Assembly (NCBI RefSeq): GCF_004010195.1
Contig: NW_025215116.1
Location: 1-58,648 of the forward strand
Direction: 5' to 3'
Length of the DNA: 58,648 bases
Source of the DNA: Chiloscyllium plagiosum
Lineage: Eukaryota
In this document: in pieces, positions 38,875 to 50,530 of the stretch
How the letters are laid out: each line of letters starts with the position of its first letter
Position numbering within the stretch: the first letter of the stretch is position 1
Made by a program: the position numbers and the translations under genes
Notes under the pieces: model-generated
Databases searched by the model: none
Told to the model about the DNA's origin: nothing
Seen by the model: only the letters and a program-made list of their open reading frames with translations

Positions 38875-40070
38875 ATTGTTGAAATGTGCAGCTTATTCCA
38901 GGACAAGCTACTGCATGTCCTTGATAAGTATGTATCTGTCAGGCAGGGAGGCAGTTGTTGAGCTCTTGAGCCGTGGTTTACTAAGGACGTTGAATCTCTT
39001 TTCAAGAGGCAAAAGAAGGCTTGTGTTAAAATGAGGCGTGATGCCTCAGTTGGGTGGCTTGCAAGATGCAAGATAGCCAGGAAAGCTCTAAAAAGTGAGC
39101 TAAGAAGAGCCAGGAGTGGTCATGAGAAGTCATTGGCGAATAGGATCAAGGAAAGTCCAAAACCTTTCTGGAGGTATAATAACAATAAAGGAATGACGAG
39201 TGTAAGATTAGGGCCAATCAAGCATATTAGTGGGAAGTCGTGCGTGGAGTCAGAGGAGATAGAGAAAGTGTGAATGAAAACTTTTCATCAGAATTAACAT
39301 TACAAAAAGACAATGTTGTCGAGGAGAATACTGAGATACAGGCTATAAAACTTTATGGGATTAGCGTGCATAAGGAGGAGTTGTTTGCAGTTGTGGAAAG
39401 TGTTAAAATAGATACGTCCAGTGAACCGGATGGGACTTATCCTAGGATTCTCTGGGAAGCCATGGAAGAGATTGCCAAGAGTTTAGCTTTGATCTTTAGA
39501 TATTGATGTCGGCAGGAATAGTTCCAGAATACTGCAGGATAGCAAATGTTTCGTTTTTCAAGAAAGGTAGTAGAGATAAGCCTGGAATTAGTTGACGTGT
39601 GAACCATCCTTCGTTTGTGCGTAAAATGTTAGGAAGAGTGATAAGAGATATGAGTAGGGATTATCAACACGGTTTTGTGAAGGGTCGGTCGTGGCCTTTT
39701 GAAGGATATGGAAGCTTTGACAGAGATTTAACGAGGTGTTGCTTGGTATGGTGGGAAAATCTTACGAGGTAAGACTGAGGAACCTGAGGCTGTTTTAGTG
39801 AGAAAGAAGAAGGTTGACATACGACTTAATTGTGAGAGATAATAAAAGCAAATGGTTAGATAGGTTGGACAGTAAGACCCTTTTTTTGGATGGCAGTGGT
39901 TATCACGAAGGGGCATAACTTTAAATAGAAGTCTAATAGACAGAGGACAATTGTCAGAGACAGTTTCTTTACACCGAATAATAAGGGCATGAAATGCACT
40001 GCCTGCACAGTAGCAGACTCGCCAACATTAAGTACGTTCAAATGGTCATTGGATCGGCATAGGGACGAAA
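38875..40070 (+). mobile_element. Older CR1 ORF2 fragment with large internal deletions; its 3' UTR continues at 44036-44150
   Basis: ANRIKESPKPFWRY and KIDTSSEPDGTYPRILWEA; ends ggatcggcatagggacgaaa and resumes aaaatgctaatcgtgtaggttagatggg after the young CR1. Confidence 0.8.
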
Positions 40071-43000
40071 TTTGAGTGCGAGCAGCAGCTGAGTTTAACC
40101 ATTTTGATTGCGAGCAGCAGCTGAGTTTAAACGAACCCGGAAGGCTACAGCTAAGGTGAGACAGTTTGTTTTAAAATTATTTACCGGTAGCGGGCAGAGG
40201 TGTCTTTTTTTCTCTTCACAGAAAGAGCGGGAAGTGCACCCATCTCCAGCTCCTCCAAGACTGTGTTAGGGAACTGGAGCTGGAGTTGGATGAACTTCGG
40301 ATCATTCGGGAGGCAGAGGGGGTCATAGATCAGCGTTATAGGGAAGTAGTAACTCCAAAGATGGCAGATAGATGGGTTACAGTGAGGGGGACTGGGAGGA
40401 AGCAGCCAGTGCAGGGGCCCCCTGCGGCCGTTCCCCTCAAGAACAAGTATACCGTTTTGGATACTTGTGTGGGGGATGACTTACCAGGGGTAAGTAACGG
40501 GGCTCAGGTCTCTGGCACGGAGGCTGTCCCCGTTACTCAGAAGGGAAGGGTGAAGAAGAGCAGAGCAGTAGTAATTGGGGACTCGATAGTTCGGGGCACA
40601 GATAGGCGGTTTTGTGGGAACGAGAGAGACTCACGTTTGGTATGTTGCCTCCCAGGTGCAAGGGTACGTGATGTCTCTGATCGTATTTTCCGGGTCCTTA
40701 AGGGGGAGGAGGAGCAGCCCAAAGTCGTGGTCCACATTTGCACCAACGACATAGGTAGAAGGAGGGCTGAGGATGTTCGGCAGGCTTTCAGGGAGCTAGG
40801 TTGGAAACTCAGAGTTAGAACAAACAGAGTTATTGTCTCTGGTTTGTTACCCGTGCCACGTGATAGAGAGTCGATGAATAGGGAGAGAGAACAGTTAAAT
40901 GCGTGGCTACAGGAATGGTGCAGGACGGAGGGATTCTGGTATATGGATAACTGGGGTTCTTTCTGGGGAAGGTGAGACCTCTATAGAAATGATGGTCTAC
41001 ACCTGAAACTGAGGGGCACCAGTATCCTTGGCGGGAGGTTTGCTCGTGCTCTTGGGGGGGGTGGGGTTTAAACTAACTCTGCAGGGGCATGGGAACCCAG
41101 ACTGTAGCTTTAGGTTGCAGGACCTGGAGTGCAGGGAGGTTAGGAACATGGCATCAATCTCAAAGGAGGGTGCCTGTAAACAGGAAAGTGTCTTGATGTG
41201 TGTATACTTCAATGCAAGAAGTCTACGAAATAAGGTAGGTGAACTTGCAGCGTGGGTTGGTACCTGGGATTTCGATGTTGTGGCTATTATTGAGACATGG
41301 GTAGAACAGGGACAGGATTGGCTGTTGCAAGTTCCAGGGCATAAATATTTTAGGAGGGTCAGAGGTGGGGGTAAAAGAGGGGGGGGGTGTGACATTGCTT
41401 GTCAAAGATAGTATTACAGCGGTGGAAAGGACGATGGATGAAGACTCGCCGTCTGAGGTAGTTTGGGCTGAGGTTTGGAATAGGAAAGGTGAGGTCGCCC
41501 TGTTAGGGGTTTTCTTCCGGCCTCCTAATAATCCTAGAGACGTAGAAGAAAGGATTGCGAGGATGATTCAGGAGAAGAGTGAAAGTAATAGGGTGGTTCT
41601 TATGGGGGACTTTAACTTTCCAGGTATTGACTGGGAAAGCTATAGCTCCAGTTCGTTCGATGGGTCGTTGTTTGTCCAATGTGTGCAGGAGGGTTTCCTG
41701 ACACAATATGTCGACAGGCCAACAAGAGGTGAGGCCATACTGGATTTGTTTCTGGGTAACGAACCAGGCCAGGTGTTAGAATTGGAGGTAGGTGAGCACT
41801 TTGGGGACAGTGACCACAATTCAGTGACTTTTACTCTCGTGATGGAGAGGGATAAGTGTGCACTGCAGGGCAAAAGCTATATCTGGGGGCAGGGAAATTA
41901 TGATGCAGTGAGGCACGACTTAGATTGCGTGGCTTGGAAAAGTAGGCTTCAAGGCATGGGCACAATTGATGTGGAGCTTGTTCAAGGAGCAACTATTGAA
42001 TGTCCTTCATAAGTATGTACCTGTCAGGCAGGGAGGAAAGGGTCGTGCGAGGGAGCCGTGGTTAAATAAGGAATTGGAATCCCTTGTTAAATGGAAGAGG
42101 GCGACCTATCTCAAGATGAGACGTGAAGGTACAATTGGGGCGATTGAGAGTTATAGGGTAGCCAGGAAGGACCTGAAGAGAGAGCTAAAAGCAGCAAGGA
42201 GGGGACATGAAAGGGCCTTAGTTGGTAGGATTAGGGAAAACCCTAAGGCTTTCTATAGGTATGTCAGGAATAAAAGAATGACGAGGGTAGGAATAGGTCC
42301 AGTCAAGGATAGTAGGGGGAAGTTGCGTGTGGAGGCGGAAGAGATGGGGGAGACACTGAATGAATACTTTTCGTCAGTAACAGGAACAGGACATTGTTGC
42401 CGATGTGAATACTGAGTCACAATTAATTAGAATGAATGGTTTTGAGGTATGTAGGGAAGAGGTGTTGGAAATTCTGGAAAGGGTGAAAATAGATAAGTCC
42501 CCTGGGCCTGATGGCATTTATCCTAGGATTCTCTGGGAAGCAAGGGAGGAGATTGCAGAGCCATTGGCCTTAATTTTTATGTCCTCGTTGTCTACAGGAA
42601 TAGTGCCAGAAGACTGGAGGATAGCAAATCTGGTTCCCTTGTTCAAAAAGGGGAGTAGGGATAACCCTAGTAACTATAGGCCAGCGAGTCTCACTTCTGT
42701 TGTGGGCAAAATCTTAAGAGAGAATTGTAAGGGATAGGATTTATGAACATCTGGATAGGAATAATGTGATCAAGGATAGTCAGCATGGTTTTGTGAAGGG
42801 CAGGTCGTGCCTCACAAACCTTATTGAATTCTTTGAAAAGGTGACGAAGGAGGTTGATGAAGGGAAAGCGGTAGATGTGGTATATATGGATTTTAGTAAG
42901 GCGTTTGATAAGGTTCCCCATGGTAGGCTACTGCAGAAAATACGGAGATATGGCATTGAGGGTGAGTTAGAGGTTTGGATTAGGAATTGGCTGGATGGAA

Positions 43001-44035
43001 GAAGACAGAGGGTAGTAGTTGATGGCAAAGTTTCTTCATGGAGTGCCGTCACTAGCGGTGTTCCGCAAGGATCTGTTTTGGGACCATTGCTGTTTGTCAT
43101 TTTTATAAATGACATGGAAGAGGGGTTAGAAGGTTGGGTGAGCAAGTTTGCGGATGACACAAAAGTCGGAGGAGTTGTTGACAGTGAGGAAGCATGTGGC
43201 AGGTTACAGCAGGATATAGAGAAGCTGCAGAGCTGGGCAGAAAGGTGGCAAATGGAATACAATGTAGCTAAGTGTGAGGTGATTCACTTTGGGAAGAATA
43301 ACAAAAAGATGGGGTACTGGGCTAATGGTCGAATATTGGTCGTGTGGATGAGCAGAGGGATCTTGGTGTCCATGTACACAGATCTCTGAAAGTTGCCACC
43401 CAGGTAAATAGTGCGGTGAGGAAGGCATATGGCGTACTGGCTTTTATTGGTAGAGGAATTGAGTTCCGGAGCCCTGAGGTCATGATGCAGTTGTATAAAA
43501 CTCTGGTGCGGCCACATCTGGAATATTGTGTGCAGTTTTGGTCGCCATACTATAGGAAGGATGTGGAGGCACTGGAACGGGTGCAGAGGAGGTTTACCAG
43601 GATGTTGCCTGGTATGGTAGGAAGATCGTATGAGGAAAGGCTGAGGCACTTGGGGCTGTTTTCATTGGAGAAAAGAAGGTTTGGGGTGACTTGATAGAGG
43701 TGTACAAGATAATTAGGTGTTTACATAGGGTTGACCATGAGACCCTTTTTCCACTTATGGAGTCAACTATTACGAGGGGGCATAGCTTTAAATTAACGGG
43801 AGGTAGGATTAGGAGAGATGTTAGGGGTAGATTCTTTACTCAGCGAGTCGTGAGTTTATGGCATGCCCTGCCAATAGCAGTGGTGGCCTCTCCTTCTTTA
43901 TGGGCATTTAAACAGGCATTGGATAGGCATATGGATGATAGTGGGCTAGTGTAGGTTAGGTGGGCTTGGATCGGCGCAACATCGGGGGCCAAAGGGCCTG
44001 TACTGCGCTGTATTGTTCTATGTTCTATGTTCTAT
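40071..44035 (+). mobile_element. Near-full-length young CR1 LINE (ORF1 SGNH esterase; ORF2 APE endonuclease plus RT), inactivated
   Basis: ORF1: VVIGDSIVRG, CCLPGARV, VHICTNDIG, DGLHL. ORF2 from ~41147: FNARSLRNK, IETW, MGDFNFP, SDHNS, YMDFSKAFDKVPH, GVPQGSVLGP, FADD. 3' tail of (ttctatg) repeats. About six frameshifts in ORF2, one stop in ORF1, ORF1 N-terminus deleted. Confidence 0.96.
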
Positions 44036-44150
44036 AAAATGCTAATCGTGTAGGTTAGATGGGCTTCAGCTTGGTTCCACAGTTTGGCGCAGCAACGAGG
44101 GCCAAATGGTCTATACTGCGCTGTAATGTTGTATGTTCCACGTTCTATGA
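44036..44150 (+). mobile_element. 3' UTR remnant of the older host CR1
   Basis: gtgtaggttagatgggcttcag...ctgcgctgtaatgttgtatgttccacgttctatg. Confidence 0.8.
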
Positions 44151-47100
44151 ACTGCCACTCTTTCTCGCTCTCCTCCCCAGCTACGCTGTCTGTTTGTCTC
44201 TCCTTCCCGGCTACACTCCCTCTCTCCTCCCAGCCACTCTTCCTCGCTTTATCTAACTCCTCCCCATCATAAACACACAATCTCTCCTCCCCTGCAATAC
44301 ATTCACTGTCTGTCTCCTCCCCTGCCACTCTCTCTCTCCTCCCCTGCCACACTCCCTCTCTCTTTCTCCATCTCTCTATCACTCCCCTCTGGTGCCACAC
44401 TCACTCTCTCACTCCTGCCACACTCGCTCTCTCTTGCTCCATACTCCACTGCCACACTTTCTCTCTGTCACTCTCCTCCCCGCCCCTCCACTCTCTCTTT
44501 CCCTACCACACAGTTTCTCTCTCTCCCTCCCACAATCTGTCCCTCTCTTCTCCNNNNNNNNNNNNNNNNNNNNNNNNNNNNNNNNNNNNNNNNNNNNNNN
44601 NNNNNNNNNNNNNNNNNNNNNNNNNNNNNNNNNNNNNNNNNNNNNNNNNNNNNNNNNNNNNNNNNNNNNNNNNNNNNNNNNNNCTCACCTCCCCTGCCAC
44701 ACTCCTTCTCTCCTCCCATGCTACTCATACTCTCTGCTCCACTGCTACTCTCTCTCAGGTTCCGTCCCGACCTTTCTGTCCCCTTCCCCGCCACGCTCTC
44801 ATATTACCTTCCTCTCTCCTCCCCTGTAATTCATACACTTGCCCCTGCCCTGCCGCATTCTTTCACGCTCTCGTTCTCCTCCCTGGCCACAATGCTTTTC
44901 TCTCTTTCCTTGCCACAGTGTCTCACACTCTCTCTCTACCTCTGCCTCTCTCTCGTTTTCATCCCCACCCACGCTCTCTCGGTTCACTGCTTGTCTCTCT
45001 CTCTCTTTCCCTCTCCTCCATTGCCTCTCTCTTTTCTTGCCTGCCACATCCTCTCAATCTGGTTCTCCTCCACTGCCATACTCCCTTTCTCTATCTCTGT
45101 TTATCCCAGCCACTCTCTCCTCGCCTGGCACAAACGTTCACTCCCTCTCTCCTCCTCTGCTACTCTCTCTCTCCTCCTTTGCCACCCTACAAACGTTCAC
45201 TCCCTCTCTCCTCCTCTGCTACTCTCTCTCTCTTCCTTTGCCACCCTCCCTCCTTATCTCCTCCCCGCCCACCCTCTCTTCTCCTCCCTGGCATACGCGC
45301 TCTCTATCCAGCTTTCTCCCTTCTCCTGCCACACATACTCGCACTATCTCTCTCCTCCACACCACACTGCCTCACTATCTGTCTCCTCCCATAACACGCC
45401 CTCTCTCTTCCCCATATCCCACACTCCCTTTCCCTGCCAATCTCTCTCATTATCACTTTCTCCTCCACCTGCCACACACTCTCTTTCCTCTACTGACACA
45501 CTCTCTCCCTCCCTTACCCTGAAAATCAGCCTGCCTCTCCTCCACGCCACTGTCTTTCTCTCCTTCCCTGGAAAACTCTGTCTTCACCGCCATCTCTCCT
45601 CCATGTCCACACACTCTGTCTACCTCCGCTCCTGCTTCACCCTCTCCACCACTGCCACTGTCTCTCTCATCTCCCATCACTCTCTGCTCCCCTGCCGCTC
45701 TCTCCATCTCTCCTCACCTGCCACATGCTCTCTCTCCCTCCTCCGCCGCCACAAGCATCATCTTTCCCTGTCTCTCCTCCCCTGCCACACACACTCCTCT
45801 GTCCCTTCACCCTGGTCCCTCTCTCATTACCTGGCACACCCTTTCACACTCTCTCTCCTCCACTGCCACCCTCTCTCTCTCCTCCACTGCCTTTCCACGC
45901 ACCCTCTTTACCAGGCCCTGACATATTCCCCTCGCTGTGTCATCAAATGCCATACCCTTCACTCCCCTCCCCTGACAGTCACTCTCCACCACACCACTCT
46001 CTCTCTCTCTTTCTCGCCCTTTCTCTCTTCTCCTGCCATATACATTCTCTCTCCTCCTCTTCTGCAAAATAATTTCTATCCCTCTCCTCAACTGCCCCAC
46101 TTTCTCACTGCCAGTATCCTCCCATACCTCACACTCTCATTCTCGGTATTGCCTCCTCGTCAGTCTCTCACACTATCTCTCTCTTCTCTCCTGCCATACA
46201 CTCTCCTTCTGTTCCCCCTGCAATACTTTCTCTCTGCTCCCCGCTAAACATTCTCTCTCTGTCTCTCCTCCACTGCCACAGACTCTCACACTCTCTCCTC
46301 ACCTGCCACATACACTCTCTGTCTCCCCCGCCAGACTATTTCTTTGTCCTCTCTTGCCATGTACACTCTCTCTTCCTGTGACAAGCACGGTCTCTGTCAC
46401 CTCCCTTGCCACACACTCTCCCTCTCCTCACCTGTAACTCTCACTGTCTTGCCTCCCCGCCACTCACTTGTTCCTCCACTGCCACTCTCTCTCCTCCGCT
46501 GCCACTTAAATCTCTTTTCCCCGCCAGTCTCTCCATATCTCATTTCCTGGCACACACTCTCTTCCTCTCCTCTCCTGCCACAAACTCTCTCTCTTCCCGT
46601 GCAATTCTCTCTCTCTTCTCCCCTGTCACTCTGTCTCTGCTCCCCTGCCACTGTGTCCATCTCTCCTCCCCGACCACACTCACTCTCAATTCTCCTTTGC
46701 CACATTTTCCTTCTCTCCTCGTCTGCTACTTTCTCTCTCCTCTCCTCTCACGCTCTCTGCTCCCCTCCCTCTCCGTCTAACCTCCGGCCACTCTTTCTGT
46801 CTTTCCTCCCCTGCCACTCTCTCCATCTGTCCTCCGCTGCCACTCTCTCTCCTCTCCTGCAACTCTCTCTGTCTCTCCTTCCATGCAACTCTCTCTTTCC
46901 ACCCATGCAACTCTCTCTGTGTTTCGTCCCCTGCCACTCTCTTTCCCCTAACCTGCCAAACTTTGTCATATCCGCCACTGTCTCTATCCTCCCCGACACT
47001 CTCTTTCCTCCCTTGCCATTATCCCTCCTCCCCTGCAACCCCACTCTCTGTCTCTAATCCCTGACACTCTCTCTCCCCTAGCATGGCATACTCTGTCCTC

Positions 47101-50100
47101 ACCTACCGCTCTCTCTTCTCCCCTGCTACTCTAACTATCCCCTTCCCTACTACTCTCTACATCTTTCCTCCCCTGCCACAAACTCTCCCTGCCTCCTCGC
47201 CAGACACACATTCTCTCTCTCCCTTCCCATGCCACTCGTATTGTCTGATCTCGCTTGACACTCACTTTCAACACCCTGCGAAACTCTTTGTCACTCCTCC
47301 AATGCACTCTTTCTCTCCTCCCTGCAAATCTCTCTTTATCACTCCTCCCCTTCCAATCTCTCCCTCCTCCACTGCCACTCTCTCAGTCTCCTCCCCTGCC
47401 ACTCCGTCTCTAATACCGTGCCACACAATTTTCATCTTTCCTCCCCGGCCACACTCGGTCCACTCCTGCCAGTCTCTCTCTCTACACCCCTGGCAATCGC
47501 TCTATCTCTCCTCCCCTGACACACATTCCCTCTCCGCACCTGCAACACATTCTCTCTTTCTTCTCGCCTGCCACACTGTCTCTCTGTCCTCACCTGCCAT
47601 ATTCTTTCTCTTCTCCTCTGTCACGCTCTCACTCCTCCCCTGCCACACACTGGCTCTCTCCTCCCCTGACGCTCAATTTCGCTCTTATCGCCTCCTGTAC
47701 TGTCTCTCTGTGCTGGCCTGCCACATTCTCTCTCTCAACTCCCATGCCAAACGTCCACTAATCCACTGCCACACGCTCACTTTTGCTCTCTTTCCCTGCC
47801 ACATGCGCTCTCGATTTCCTCCCCTGCGACGCGTGATTTTTCTCTCCTCCCCTGCCACCCTCTCTCTCTCCTCGACGGCCACTCTCACTCTCTCTTCTCC
47901 CCTGCCACTCTCTAAATCTCTCCTCCCCTGCCACGCACTCACTCTCTCCTCCACGGCACAATCTCTCTCTCTTTTTCTCCTCCTTAGACACACACTGTAC
48001 CTCTCGGCTCCTCTGCCGCTGACTCTCTCCCTCCTCGCCACTCTATCCATCTCTACTCATTTGCTAGCCAATTCCTCTCCCTTGCTCCCTTGCCACGCTC
48101 TAGCCTCCCCGCCACACGTTTTCTCTCTCTCCTCAACTGCCACTCACTGTCGCTCAACTCCCTTGCCACTCAATCTCTTTCTTCTCCCTTGCCACACTGT
48201 CTCTATGTCCTCGCCTGCCACATTGTGTCTCTCTCTTCTGCCCTAACACGCTCAATCCTCCAATGCCAAACTCTCACTCCTGTCCTGTCACAGGCGCTCT
48301 ATCGCTCTCATTCCCTGCCACATGCACTCTCTCTCTCTCCTCCCCTGCCATACTCTCAATCTCTCCTCCCCTGCCACCAACACACACACACTGTCTCTCC
48401 TCCCCTTTTGCAAACTCTCTCTCTCCTCCGCTGCCACACACTCTATCACTCGGCTCCAATGCCACTCACTTTCTCCTTCCCTGCCACACTGTCCATCCCT
48501 ACTCCCCTGTCACACAATCTGCCTCTCTCCGCCCCAGCGACACTCTGTCCTCTCCTGTCACTATTTCTCTCCACGCCTGCCACTCGATCCATCTGTCCCC
48601 CCAACACCCACACTCTCTCCTCGCTGCCACACATTCTCTCTCTTCCAATGCCACACAAAAACTCTCTCCTCCCTTGTTACTCACCCTCTCTCTTCTCGCC
48701 TGCCACACTGTCTCTCTCCTCCTCTGCCACCCTCTTTTCTAAGCCTCTCTCTCCTCCCCTGCCCCGCTTTCAATCTCTCCTCCCCATAACACACACACTG
48801 TCTCTCTTCTCCTGCCAGCCCCTCCCACCCCCACACACAAACACTCACTCTCTTTCCTCCCCGCAACAAACTCTCTCTCTTCTCCACCGCCACACATTTT
48901 ATCTCTCGGCTCCCCTACCACTCACTCTATCTCCTTCCTCGCCACTATTTCCATCTCTACTCCCCTGCCACACAATCTCCCTCTCTCCTCCCCTGCCACA
49001 CTCTGTCCTCCCCCGCCACACTCTCTCTCCACCCATGCCGATCACTCCATCATTCTTTCTCGAAACACAATCTCTCTCCTCACCTGCCACATACTGTCAC
49101 TCTGCACCCCTGTCAAGCACCCTCTCTCTTCTCGCCTGCCACACCGCCTCTCTGTCCTTGCCTGAAACATTCTCTCTCTCTTCTCCCCTGACACTCTCTC
49201 TCCTCCCATGTCAATCTCTCACTCCTCACTTGCCACAGTCGCTCTTTCACTCTCCCTCCCTGCCACATGCGCTCTCCCTCACTCCTCCCCTTCCACATGA
49301 GATTTCTTTCTCGTCCCCTGCCACATTCTCGCTCTTCTCGCTGACCACTTTCTCTCTCTCTCCCCTCCACTGCCAGTCTTTCAATTTCCCCTCCCCGGCC
49401 ACAAACACACGCACACGCTCTCCTTCTCGCCCAGAAACTCTCTCTCTTTCTCCTCCGCTGTCAAACACTATCTCTTGGCTCACCTGCACTCACTCTCTCT
49501 CCTTCCCCGACACTCTACCCATCTCTAATCCCCGCCACAAAATTTACCTCTCTCACTTCCCCTGCCACTCTTTCTCTCCACCACTGACACTCTCTCCATT
49601 TGTCCTCCCCGACACACACCCTCTCTCCTTCCCTACCACACATTCTGTCTCTCTCTTCACTTGCCGCACGCTATATCTCTCCTCCCCTGAAAATCACCCT
49701 CTCTCTTCTCACCTGCCACACTGACTCTGTCCTTGCCTGCCACATTCTCTTTCTCCTCCCCTGACACTGTCTCTTCTCCCATGCGAAACTCTCACTCCTC
49801 CGTTACCACAGGCGCTCTTTCACTCTCCTTCCCTGCCACACGCTCTCTCTCCCTCTCTCTCTTTCTGCCCCACCACACGCAATTTCTCTCTCCACCCCAA
49901 CCACTTTTTTCCCTCTCTTCGCCGGCCACTCTCTCCTCCCTGCCACACTGTCAATCTCTCCTCCCCTGGCATACACACGCAATCTCTCCTCACTTGCCCA
50001 AAAATCCCTCTCTCTCCTTAGCTGCCACACACTCTATCTCTTTTATCCCCTGCCACTCACATCCTCTCCTTCCCCACTACTCTCTCCATCTCTACACACC

Positions 50101-50530
50101 GGCCATACAATCTTCCTCTGTCCTCCCCTGCCACACCCTGTCCTCCCCTGCCATTCTTTCTCTCCACCCCTGCCACTCACCCTCTCTCTTCTCGCCTGTA
50201 ACACTTTCTCTCTCTGTCCTCGCCTGTCACATTCCCTTTCTATCCTCCCCTGCCACTCCGTCTCTCCTCCCCTGCCACACTCTCCATCTCTCGACACTTG
50301 CCACACAATCTCTCTTCTCCCCGCCGCACTCTCTCCTCTCTTGCCACTCTGTCGCTCCTCGCCTCCCACTATCTCCACCACTCCTTCCCTGCCACACAAG
50401 TCTCCGCCCGACTACACACACATTCTTCTGCCCGCCACACTTTGTCCTCCCCTGTCACTCCTTGTCTCCTCCCCTGCCACTCTCTCTCCTCCCCTGCCAC
50501 TCTCTCTATCTCCCCTCTCCTGCCACAAAC
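44151..50530 (+). repeat. Complex degenerate satellite, pyrimidine-rich on +
   Basis: Many variants of CTCCTCCCCTGCCAC(AC)TCTCTCT spaced ~20-40 bp apart, with recurring longer modules (e.g. ~48180, ~49130, ~49710). Confidence 0.93.

Noticed and set aside
40286..43954. Active CR1 or a domesticated esterase/RT gene
   Set aside because: ORF1 has a stop and lacks its start, and ORF2 is broken into about seven frames. Some homopolymer frameshifts could be sequencing errors, but not all.
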